This document shows, piece after piece, positions 39,617 to 50,525 of a stretch of DNA of 64,000 bases. Source of the DNA: Eledone cirrhosa (lineage: Eukaryota); the NCBI GenBank assembly GCA_964016885.1, contig OZ024743.1, positions 16,802,001-16,866,000 of the forward strand, read 5' to 3'. The translations under genes and the position numbers were made by a program. How positions within the stretch are numbered: position 1 is the first letter of the stretch; every line of letters starts with the position of its first letter. A model generated the notes under the pieces. It was given only the letters and a program-made list of their open reading frames with translations. It was not told where the DNA came from and ran no database searches.

Positions 39617-42600
39617 GGGAAGAAGACGCACGAGGTGACGGAGGTCATGAAATCGCTCCCGTAAGTTTTGAATTTTTAACATATTTAAATCATTTGTGAA
39701 ATAACAACTCTTAGTACAAATGCTACGTAAAGCACCCGGCTTAAGCCCAAAAAAATTCGGACCCAAAATATATTGTTATAAGGCTCAAATATTCAAATAT
39801 TCAACTTTGTATTGTACACTGTATATCCAAAAAAGAAAATGGCTATAAACGGAAGAAGAAGAACCCCCCCCCCCCTCCTCTCCTCTGGCTACACTATATA
39901 GGACAGCTAAACTCACCAACACCAGAAACTAGATACACCACCCACCCCATCATCTGTGTACACTAAACACAACAGCCAGATAACGACATTTTCACCTTCA
40001 CCGCCACCGCTCACTGCGGCCATCATTACCACCACTGTCCCATCACCGCCGCCGCCACCCCTTGACTCCTTCACTACTGCCGCCGCTACAGCACCAATAC
40101 TACAGTAATACGGTCACATCACCGCCACCACTGCCTCGGTAGCGACATCACCACCACCACTGTCTCAGTATCGCTACCGCCGCCAGTCTCCCACTTCCCC
40201 CTGCTGGCTGCTACTTCCACATTATAGAATTCCTACTACTAACAAAGAGGAAGACATCAAAATATATAGATAGACTCAAAAGAAAAAAGAAAAAACAAAC
40301 AACAAAACCAAAGCAGCACAGCAACAACAGCAAAAAACGAGAAAAACAAACAGAGAAAAACAAAAACAAAAAAAGAAACCCCAAAAACGTAAAGAAAATA
40401 AGAATGAAGAGAGAAGCAGGCGGACGGACAGAGAAGAGGGGGGAAAAAGTAAAAATTAAAAAACAAAAACTAAGTCAGACATTCGAACACTACATTACAA
40501 TGAAACTTATGCTTATTCATTTTTGGGGCCCTTTCTGCCTGTGTGTTTGTTTGTTTATGTGTGTTAGTATACAGCGTGGTGATAATGCCACACAAGGGCC
40601 AAGTGGGATGGCGGATCCACAGATGGCTATGTAACTATACATTCGCCAATCCTCGATAAGAGTGTTTAAATATCGAACATAAACAGTTCGAATAACGGTG
40701 AAATGGAGACTAGAACGTCATGTGACAGACTCTCACCCAACAGGTGCCCCCTGGCTCAGCAGCAGGAACATGACTGTCAACCAAATACTGCTGATGTTGG
40801 AGGAAGAAGAAGAAGGAAAGGGGCCAGAACCAACTGGACGAAAGAATTGAATAGAACTGTTATGCAATGCTACCTGAAAAGTAACCCCAAGGAGAGGGGC
40901 TACAGGAGACGGATGCATAACATCTGGAACGAGATTGGTTTATTTAAATTAGATGAACAAAAATTGGCCGGGCAGGCTCGGGTGATAAGAACTAATGGGT
41001 GGATAAGCGAGCTGGAACTGGAGGAACTGAGCAGAGAGAATGGCTTGGAGATGGCGGGTGTAGTATGCCAGACAAGCGAGCCGGTGGGAAATGAAGGTGA
41101 GGAGGTCCTGAGAACGGAGGAACCACCCGAAGCAGACAATGATCTGAATACTGAGATAAATAATACCTGGAACAGAGATACGGCCACTGAGGAGATGAAT
41201 GCTGACGGGCTAGGACAAGATTCGGTTGACATCCTAAATTTAGTGGTAGATGAATTGAACAATGATAGTGGGAGACCTATGAACCTAAGATTTGTAGACA
41301 GGAAAAAGTTAAAAGAAACAACAGCTAAGGTAAACAAAGTCATCCCATACCTTGAGGCGAGGAGCCTTCACCAGTGCAACAATATCCTCAAAGCAACAGC
41401 AAATACGGTGAGGAAACTACTTGGTATAAAAGCGAGAGGAAACAACAGACAAGAAAGAGCAGAGCCATGGTGGAAGAAGCGACTGAGTGGGCAAATCGGG
41501 GAAATGAGAAATGACATAGGAAAGCTTGAGTCACTACTGAATGGGACACTAAAAAACATAGGCACTAAAAATAGACTGGAAATAAAATACAAAACTAGGA
41601 GTAAAAAGCTAAATATTAACATGGAGGAATTGAAGCAACGCATTGTAGCAAAGAGTGCAAAAATCAGGCGATACGAGAACAGAGTCAGTCAGTATAAACA
41701 GAACCGCATGTTCGACAACAACCAGAAGATGCTGTTTGGACAGCTTGAGGGGAAAGAAAGAGGCAACGACTTGATCCCTGGGGCGGAACAAACTAAAACA
41801 TTCTGGAGAGGAATATGGGAGCAGGATGTTAGACACAATGCCCAGGCAGGGTGGATTGAGGCAGTACAGAGGGAGATCGGTGAGCAGGCACAACAACAGA
41901 CTGATTTGAGTATCACAGTTGAAACTCTTAAGGGGCAAGCCAAAAAACTAACCAACTGGAAATCACCAGGCCCAGATGGTGTGCAGGGGTATTGGATTAA
42001 ACATTTAACATCCCTCCACCCGAAGCTGACGGCCATGTTCAATGACTGCTTGGTGTCGGGTGAGGTGCCAGAGTGGTTGACAAAAGGTACCACAGTTCTG
42101 ATAATGAAAGACCGAATCAAGGGTAATGATGTTACCAACTATAGATATATCACATGTCTGCCCGTAATGTGGAAACTGTTGACGAGCATTGTGTCTGAGG
42201 AAAACTACCATCACCTCCACACAAACAACTTGTTCCGGACGAACAGAAAGGATGCCGAAAGAAGTCACGTGGTACAAAGGACCAGTTGCTTATTGATAAT
42301 ATGGTAATGGGGAATTGCAGGAGGAGACACACTGATCTTGCCATGGGATGGATAGACTACAGAAAGGCATTTGACATGGTGCCTCATTCCTGGATCACCA
42401 AAAGCCTGCAGAACTTCAGGGTGGCAGATAACATCAGACAGTTGCTAGGCAGGAGTATGGGGTCCTGGGAGACAGAGCTGACATCAACTGGAGTATCCTT
42501 GGGAAGCGTGAAGATCAAGAGAGGTATCTTCCAGGGAGATAGCCTGTCCCCTCTGTTGTTTGTCCTTGCCCTGATGCCCTTGACCATTATGCTGCGAAAA

Positions 42601-44168
42601 GTGAGAGCAGGATACAAGTTGGGAAGGGGAGAGCTTACCATCAATCACCTCCCCTTCATGGACGACCTTAAGCTCTTCGGGAAAAGTGAGAAGGAGTTGG
42701 ATGTGCTTGTTGACACTGTCCGTATTTTCAGCAGTGATATATGTATGCAGTTTGGTATTGGTAAATGTGGAGTCATTGTGATGAAGAGGGGTAGGTTGAG
42801 CAGAAGTAACGGGATCCAGATACCAACAGGTGAGATGATAAAGGAAATTGACTCTGAGGAAGGATACAAGTATTTGGGCGTTCTGGAGGCTGATGGCATA
42901 AAGAACAAAAAAATGAAGGAATTGTTAAGAACTGAATACATTCGGAGAGTAAGGAGCGTATTGAAGTCACATCTGAACAGCAGAAATGCCATAAGCGCAG
43001 TAAATTCCCGAGCTGTGTCTATTATTAGGTACAGTGCGGGAATTCTGAGATGGAATGTTGCTGAACAAAAAGAAATGGATAGGAAGACTAGGAAGCTATT
43101 GACTATCTACAACATGTTCCACAAGAGGAGTGATGTCGATAGACTCTACCTAAGGAGATCTGAGGGTGGAAGAGGTCTTATCAGCATAGAGGACTGTGTT
43201 CAGATGGAGAAAAACAACCTATACAAATACGTGACCTATAGTAAGGAGCCAATGCTCAGAACTGTACTGAAGGAGGGGACAGTAGGCCAGGGGATGTCCA
43301 AGGAGGAAATAACATCAAGGAGGAAGAGCAGCCTTAAGGGAAAATCCCTTCATAGTACCTTCTTTGAGAAAACTGAATTTAGAGATCCACAGACATGGAA
43401 CTGGTTGAGAAGAGGAGACCTCAAAAAGGCTACAGAAGGAATGTTAATGGCTGCGCAGGAGCAGGCCCTCAAAACGAAGTGGTTGAAGCACCATATCTAC
43501 AAGGAGGAGGCTAGCCCACTGTGCAGGATCTGTGGAGAGAGAGAGGAGACTGTGGCTCACATTGTGTCCGAGTGTAAACACCTAGCCCAGACCCACTATA
43601 AGGGCTGGAGACACGATGTGATGGGCAGGGTGATCCACTGGCACCTGTGCAAAGTAAACAATCTACCACATTCTGAGAAATGGTATGAGCATAGGCCAGA
43701 GGCGGTGATGGAGAACAATCAGGTGAAGGTGCTGTGGGATTTTAGGATACAGACGGACAAAAAACTGGAACACAATAGACCTGACCTGGTGGTTGTGGAC
43801 AAAGAAAAAAGATCGTGCCTGATTGTGGATGTGGCCTGCCCGTTCGACACGAGAGTGCAAGAGAAGGAGAGGGAGAAAATTAACCGATACCAGGACCTAA
43901 AGTGGGAGGTGAAAAGAATTTGGAACTGCCATGAAGTCAAAGTGATCCCCATTGTCATAGGCGCACTGGGGACTATCTCCAAAAGTTTCCAGGGATGGTT
44001 AAAGAAAATCGGCCCCTTCACGCTTTTTGGAACGCTTCAAAAGGCATGCTTGCTTGGAACAGCAAGAACCCTCCGATACGTCCTGAATATCTGAGGCTGC
44101 AGGTAGTGGCTTGATATTCAATCCAACGGACTTTCCAGTTAACTAACATCAATGACTGTGATTCAAGG
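39617..44168 (+). mobile_element. R4/Dong-clade element family B, full-length copy 2
   Basis: Tandem with copy 1, coding offset 4637 bp. Same termini. Confidence 0.94.
40703..44094 (+). pseudogene. Family B polyprotein, same frameshift at about 42234
   Basis: ORFs 40703-42307 and 42286-44094. Only about four amino-acid differences from copy 1 in the supplied translations. Confidence 0.9.
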
Positions 44169-44451
44169 AATAACAATAACAATAATAATAATAATAATAA
44201 TGTTTTCTTTATTAACCACAAGGGTTCACATAAAGTAGACATTAAGGACAGTGCAGGACAATGCAGGACGGTACAAATGGGCATTTCTGCGTGTAAAAAA
44301 CAAAAACAGAGGATGTAACAAAAAATAACAATGAAAAATTCCCCAATAGGGGGCAGACTTCGGAGGGACATTTGTGGTGAAAGCCCAGTAAAATGCCACA
44401 ATGACCCTGACCACCAAGTCAAGTGCCCTCTCCCAGTTTTCCAACTTTAAT

Positions 44452-47400
44452 TTACAGATATATACTCAGTGTAGGCCCATTCACTCGGGCCATTCTTGCT
44501 TCTCTCACCCATCTTTCAACAAAATGCTGGGAAGAGAGCACTTCCCTCTCTACTCTGATTTTCCTTTTCAAATGAAATTTGAAAAAGTCAATCAGAGCAT
44601 CACCGAAGAGGTAAGTGCTCGTCTTCAGTCCTTTCAAACGTGTCCACCATACTATCTCTTTCACCATGGCCACCAGGCAGATAAAAACTGCCTGCCCTTC
44701 CCGGCTAAAGGAGGGGGGCGGGGCAATCCTCACGATGGACTCAGATGATAGCCGGATCCGTCCTAAACGCGACAGCAGGTGTTCGACATAAACCCACAAG
44801 TCAGCAATTTTCGGACACTGGACGAGTGCGTGCAGGACGGTTTCGTCGCCCTGCGCGCATCTCGGACATGCCCGGCTGACGGCACCTCCATGCCTGCAGA
44901 GTTTATCCCGAACTGGCAAGGCTCCTCGGTAGCACTGCCAGGCCAGAGATTTCTGGAAGTTGTCCATAGGCCCTGGCCCGAAAGTTCTTCCGAAGAGATT
45001 GGCTAGTTGATATTCGTCGACGCCTAGAGTTTCCCCAAGTACGTCGTCGCTCTTCCCCTCCACTAATCCTATATAGAACGCCGAGGTGGAGTTTCCACCG
45101 ATCACATTGCCCGATTGTTCGAGGGCTGTGAGCGCCTGAAGACATTCCAGTCTCCAGGCGCTCCCTCTCGGTCTTCGCTTGACCCAGGACTGCAGCTCCT
45201 TCAAGGAAACGAGCTGGGGAAAAACGCGTCTAGCAAACGGCGACCACACCTGATCACCGTCGAGGAAGAGGTGGAGATGTCGTAGCCTGAGCGCGTGCCT
45301 GCGCATCATCAGCCACGGCATGCCCAGCCCTCCACGTAGCGGGTGTTGACAACAGATGGACCGCCTGACCATCGGAGCACGTCCCTTCCACAAAAAGCGA
45401 AAGAGCAAACGCTCCAGCGCAGTCAGGCGAGGCTTAGGACAAGGTACGACGGTCAGGCGGTAGCAGATGACAGACGCGATGTACGCGTTAGCCACCTTCG
45501 CTCGACCTTTCAGGGATAGATTCCTCTCCGCCCATTTCTGGGTGAGAGAAGCCACCCTGCTCGTCACCTTGTCCCAGTTTTTGTCCGTCTGGAGGTCCGG
45601 ACCGAACCAGACCCCTAGCAATTTAACCGGTCCGTCCGTCCAGCGCCCGACGACGATGTTGGACGGCATTGACCTGCCTCTCCAGGTGCCGAGCTGCAGG
45701 CCCACTGACTTTTCCTGGTTGATCATTGCTCCTGTCACCGCTTCGTATTCTCTTAGTGTAGAGCCGATCGCCTCGATGTGTTTGGCGTTCGACACCACTA
45801 CGGTGACATCGTCCGCATATGCTGACACGGATCTTCCGCATCCTAGTTCGCGCGGGACTCCCCTCAACGTCTCCAGTTTGTGCAGTAATGGCTCGAGAGT
45901 CAATACGTACAAGAGGGACGAGAGGGGACATCCTTGGCGGACCGAGCGCATGAAGTTGAACGGTTCCGACAGGTGACCGTTCACTCTCACCACAGAGCAG
46001 ATGTCGCTGTGCATGGCAGCGATCCAGCCTCTGAAGACGGGCCCAAAGCCAGCCGCCCTCAGGACTGCCGCTAGGTAACGATGGTCGACCCTATCGAAAG
46101 CTTTCGACTGATCTAAATTGATCGAGGACCCACCCGTGCCAGGTTCCCTAGCTACCCTCTCTACGATGTATCGCATGAGGTGGAGGTTGTCGTGGATGGA
46201 TCTGTCGGGAATGGCGCATGTCTGCGCCTCTCCCACCAGACCACCAACGACAAGCGCCAACCTCTTTGCTAGCACCTTGGCCAAAATCTTAAACTCTGTG
46301 TTTAGCAGAGTTATGGGCCGGAAATTGTCTATGTTATCCCCCTTGTTCGGATCCTTTCTCAGCAGTGCCACCGCTCCTCGGCTCACAGAACTGGGAATTC
46401 TCCCATTCTGTTGCCAGTTGCAGTAGACGTCCGCCAAGAGGCCTCCGAACAAGTCTGGCATCTGTACGTAAAGTTCATAGGGCAGACCATCCAAACCAGG
46501 CGATTCACCCCTTGTGCAGCCAGTCATTGCCTCCCTTACTTCAGCGGCTGTTATCGGCTTTTCGCAACACTTCGCCTCAGTGGCCGAGAGCCGCGGCAGT
46601 CCGTCGAGGTAGACACTAAAGTCCATCCCTCTACCCGGCCCACCGCTGCCCCCGAACAGCTGAGCGAAGTGTCGCTGAAAAGCTTCACACATTTGCCCGG
46701 GATCGAGTAGCATGCGCCCGTCGTGGTCCACCAAAGACCGGATCGTGGCTTTGTTGCCACGACGCGCCTCCGCCACTCGGGCCCATTGAACGGCTTTCGT
46801 CCCCTCGTGTCTGAGAGCACGCACCCTTGCTCTGACAACGCAGCCTTCGTGCTTTGCATTGAAAAATTGGTCATGGGCCAATTTCGCCGCAAGCACGTCG
46901 GTCGCAATGCCTTTGCTAAGCGCCTCGTCTAATTTTCTAACTAGTTCTCCCTCTGCTCTATTTTTCTCTATTGCTAAAGCCTTACTAAACCTAATCGATT
47001 CTATTCTAATCGCTCTTTTCAGAGCAAACCACCACTTGTTGTTGACGATGGCCCCCGTCAACGCCCGCTTAACTAGTTCGCTAATCCGGTCTCTGTAGGC
47101 CTTGCGCGCTGGTAAGGACGCGTTTAGCTTCCAGTAGCCGGATCCTCGTCTATGAAGCCTATCTAAGTCAAGCACACAGATCACGAATTTGTGGTCCGTG
47201 TAGCTGACTATCTTGAATTGTGGACAGCCTATGCTAGACCTATCTATTTCCCTACAAAATACTCTATCTAGATATGATCTGGATGACCCTATGCGGTTTG
47301 TCCAAGTCCACATTGGCACATTAGGGAAATCCAATCGGTACCTGTCAGACAGTTCAAAACGCCTGAGCAGGTTGGTGAGGCTCTTGCACCCTCCACCCCT

Positions 47401-47871
47401 ATCCGCTAATCCCACACAGTCCCAGCGTGCATCTAAGATCCCGTTCCAGTCGCCCACTAACACTAAAGAGCGGGACGTTCCAAGAAAGGTCTCCAGACGC
47501 CGGAAGAAATCAGGCCGCCCTGCTCCTGTCGGGGCATAGACGGCGACTAGCCTGCAAGCTTGCCCGTCTCCGCTGGTCACGTCCTGCACCACCAGCTTAC
47601 CCTCTGGGTCCAAGAAGATGGCCCGTATGGCGAGATCCAAACCTCTCCGAAAAAGCACAGCAACTCCTCCACCGGATCCAGGACGGCTGGGAGATGCGTA
47701 CACATCGTAGCCGCCGAAGATCGGTGCGAAGGCCCGTGCTTCGGAGATTCTGGTCTCGCTGATGGCCACTACATCTATGTTTAGTGACCTGAGGTCGTTG
47801 AGCAGGTGACCCTGCTTCCATGACAACCCCAAGCCACGCGCATTTATGCTGCCTATTCTGAGTGAGGTCAT
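44452..47871 (-). CDS. Intact ORF2: APE endonuclease, reverse transcriptase and C-terminal zinc finger (1139 aa)
   Basis: SINARGL, AISETR, LVGDWN, SYLDRVF, TDHK (APE). NFRPITLLN, LDQSKAFDRV, VRQGCPLS, YADD (RT). CPRC..ETVLHALVQC. Confidence 0.95.
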   Translation of the reverse strand: MTSLRIGSINARGLGLSWKQGHLLNDLRSLNIDVVAISETRISEARAFAPIFGGYDVYASPSRPGSGGGVAVLFRRGLDLAIRAIFLDPEGKLVVQDVTSGDGQACRLVAVYAPTGAGRPDFFRRLETFLGTSRSLVLVGDWNGILDARWDCVGLADRGGGCKSLTNLLRRFELSDRYRLDFPNVPMWTWTNRIGSSRSYLDRVFCREIDRSSIGCPQFKIVSYTDHKFVICVLDLDRLHRRGSGYWKLNASLPARKAYRDRISELVKRALTGAIVNNKWWFALKRAIRIESIRFSKALAIEKNRAEGELVRKLDEALSKGIATDVLAAKLAHDQFFNAKHEGCVVRARVRALRHEGTKAVQWARVAEARRGNKATIRSLVDHDGRMLLDPGQMCEAFQRHFAQLFGGSGGPGRGMDFSVYLDGLPRLSATEAKCCEKPITAAEVREAMTGCTRGESPGLDGLPYELYVQMPDLFGGLLADVYCNWQQNGRIPSSVSRGAVALLRKDPNKGDNIDNFRPITLLNTEFKILAKVLAKRLALVVGGLVGEAQTCAIPDRSIHDNLHLMRYIVERVAREPGTGGSSINLDQSKAFDRVDHRYLAAVLRAAGFGPVFRGWIAAMHSDICSVVRVNGHLSEPFNFMRSVRQGCPLSSLLYVLTLEPLLHKLETLRGVPRELGCGRSVSAYADDVTVVVSNAKHIEAIGSTLREYEAVTGAMINQEKSVGLQLGTWRGRSMPSNIVVGRWTDGPVKLLGVWFGPDLQTDKNWDKVTSRVASLTQKWAERNLSLKGRAKVANAYIASVICYRLTVVPCPKPRLTALERLLFRFLWKGRAPMVRRSICCQHPLRGGLGMPWLMMRRHALRLRHLHLFLDGDQVWSPFARRVFPQLVSLKELQSWVKRRPRGSAWRLECLQALTALEQSGNVIGGNSTSAFYIGLVEGKSDDVLGETLGVDEYQLANLFGRTFGPGPMDNFQKSLAWQCYRGALPVRDKLCRHGGAVSRACPRCAQGDETVLHALVQCPKIADLWVYVEHLLSRLGRIRLSSESIVRIAPPPSFSREGQAVFICLVAMVKEIVWWTRLKGLKTSTYLFGDALIDFFKFHLKRKIRVEREVLSSQHFVERWVREARMARVNGPTLSIYL

Positions 47872-47906
47872 GTTTAAAATAGAGTGGAAAAGATGGGAAA
47901 GACCAC

Positions 47907-50008
47907 TTACCGTACTTTTGGTAGAGGAGGGATGGTTTTTACATCCCTTTTCACTTGATCGTCTGGTGAAGGGACCGTTGAATCGTACCTTCGGCTGGTC
48001 GTCGGTTCTTCTAAGAGAATGTCTGAGTATACTCTTCGATTGATGGTTCCTCCTAGGTCCCTGAAATCACCAACTGCGTTGGGGAATTTCGTTTTAATAT
48101 TTGTGTATTGTTTCTGTGCTATTTTTAGCAGTCTTATGTTAGTTGGCGTTTTGATTGGTGCTGGTATTATGTAGTCCTGTTGTGAAATGTCTGTGTGTTC
48201 AATTATGTAAGTCATTAGTTTCTTGTTGTGTGTATTTATTGCCGTGCATTTGTTTTTCTGGGGGTGGGGTGTGGTTCTGCTATTTTCTTGTCGTTGTTGC
48301 TGGGTGTGTGTGTTTTGTTGTTGTGTTTGCGATGTTGGTGCTTGTGGTGGTGGTGTTGAAGGTGTTGTTGGCGGTGGGGTTGTCGCCGGTGGTGATGGTG
48401 GCGCTAGTGTGGGTGGTGATGGTGTTGGTGTTGTTGCTGCTGTGGGTCTCTTTGCAGTAGACTTTACCCTTTTCTCATTTCTTTCCTCCCTTTTCAAAGG
48501 CGACGATGCGCTGCTTCTGCGTTTGTGCCTTCTTACGACCTTTTGCCATCTCTCTCCCACCTCACACTCCATGTCTGATTCTGTGAGGTCGGGGAGGGGT
48601 ACCAGCTCCACTCTTTCACTTGTTGTTGTTGATGATGTTTGCACTGGAGTCTCTGTTGCAGCTGCATTTGGTATTGCTGTTGTTGTTGTTAGTATTTCCA
48701 CTGCTGCTGCTGTTTTTGATTTCCGTGGAGTGGGTATGGGTGCCACGGGCCTATCGTTCCTGGTTGCCGCTTGTCCTGTTGCTGGTAGCCGTGGAGCCGG
48801 ATTCGGAAGGAGGGGGGTTTTCTCCTTTCTCAGGGTCTTCTCGTTGCAGAAGGCCCTGAGGTGAGTCTTCGATCCACAGCGAAAGCATTTCGGGCGTTTG
48901 CCCTCAACACTTATGGGCAGTTGAGTGCCGTTATCGAAGTCTATCACATCCGGGATAGCTTCGATGCACTCCTGGTTGGTTTGGATTAGCATCTCAATGG
49001 AGGAGCCGACCCAATCTTCTCTTACTTTTTTCTGTACTTGCAGTACAGTTGTTTTGTCCTCGATTCCGACGAGGACAGACGCGGCCAGCCAAGAAGCGGT
49101 CATTCCGGGGGGGGGGGGACGTGGGTCAGTTTGACCCTCACAATTTTTTGCCCACAGTAGGAGGGCACCAACACCATTTCCTCGCTCCTTAGGGTCACTA
49201 CTGATTGGGCCTTTGGCTCCTGGGGTGTGGCAAAAAGTACGTCTACGGTGGCATATTTTTTGCCTCGGGTGATGTGCGTTTTCCGCTGCCACACAGACCC
49301 CAAGGCTTTTTGTATTTGGGCCTCTGTGGCTCTTTCCACCCTACGGGATTTTGTACTTACTGTACGGTACGTGACCGTACAGTGCTCTTGGGTTTCGAAA
49401 AATTTTTCCGCTGTCTTGCAGATTGCTCGGTGTCCGTTCTGTGTCACCATCTTCTTCGCTTCCTCTAATTCCTCATTTGTTATGAGGATTGTTTCCAAGT
49501 TTTTCGCAATACCTGCAAATGAGATTGGTTTTTCTCTGGTGTTGTTGTTGTCGTCAGAGCTGCTGGTACTTTTGTTGTTGCTGCAGGTACTACGACTACT
49601 GCCTCCGCCGCTGTTGCTGTGGTTGTTGTTGGTGTTGCTGCTGCTAATGCTGTTGTTGTTTATGCTGCTGGTGATGCTGTTGCGGCTGCTACTGTTGTTT
49701 TCATTGTCACTGTTGCTGTTGTTATTACGGCTGCTACTGCTATTATTCCTGACGTCAGACGAATGAACTGGGTTTTCGTATTTCCCGCACACCTGTTTCG
49801 TCGCTGTCGTCGTCGTCGTGGAGAAACCTTGCACGCTTTGCACGAGACTTTTCTTTTCTTTCGTCACTTGCGAAAGAGAAGGGAGGGAGAGAGACACATT
49901 TAAAGAAGGGAGGGAGAGAGACAATCTTCTCTCTGCTGTAGTGATGATTGAGGAAGAAGAAGACGGAATGAGTGGGAGTGACGTATGAAATTTCTTTTTC
50001 GTAGCCAT
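47907..50008 (-). CDS. ORF1 (gag-like nucleic-acid-binding protein), apparent frameshift in a C12 run
   Basis: ORFs 49100-50008 and 47907-49292 join at the homopolymer 49107-49118. CFRCGSKTHLRAFC knuckle, Ser/Asn-rich and Pro/Thr-rich low-complexity segments. Confidence 0.85.
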
Positions 50009-50222
50009 GTTGTTTTTTGTTTAAAATGAATATTGGGTACAAAACCCCAATAACTGGTTATTTAACCCCGAAGGGCCAAATAACGGACAGAAAGACCCCT
50101 CTCACGAGGAGGAGGGTGTCTTTATCAACAATTTGGTTCAAGTTTTAAACAATTTACAATTGTTTTAACGGTTAAAAATTACTATACCTTACAGAGCCGA
50201 GCCTCCGTCAACCATGGCATTC

Positions 50223-50266
<44 letters not shown>

Positions 50267-50525
50267 TTTCTTTATTAACCACAAGGGTTTACATAAAGTA
50301 GACATTAAGGACAGTGCAGGACAATGCAGGACGGTACAAATGGGCATTTCTGCGTATAAAAAACAAAAACAGAGGATGTAACAAAAATAACAATGAAAAT
50401 AACAATGAAAAATTCCCCAATAGTGGGGAGACTTCGGAGGGACATTTGTGGTGAAAGCCCAGTAAAAAGCCACAATGACCCTGACCACCAAGGCAAGTGC
50501 CCTCTCCCAGTTTTCCACCTTTAAT

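Larger units (their letters stand above)
44202..50222 (-). mobile_element. Full-length L1/Tx1-clade element, copy B
   Basis: 5' UTR, ORF1, 35-nt spacer, ORF2, 3' UTR with AATAAAG-like end, (AAT)n on both sides. Confidence 0.95.
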
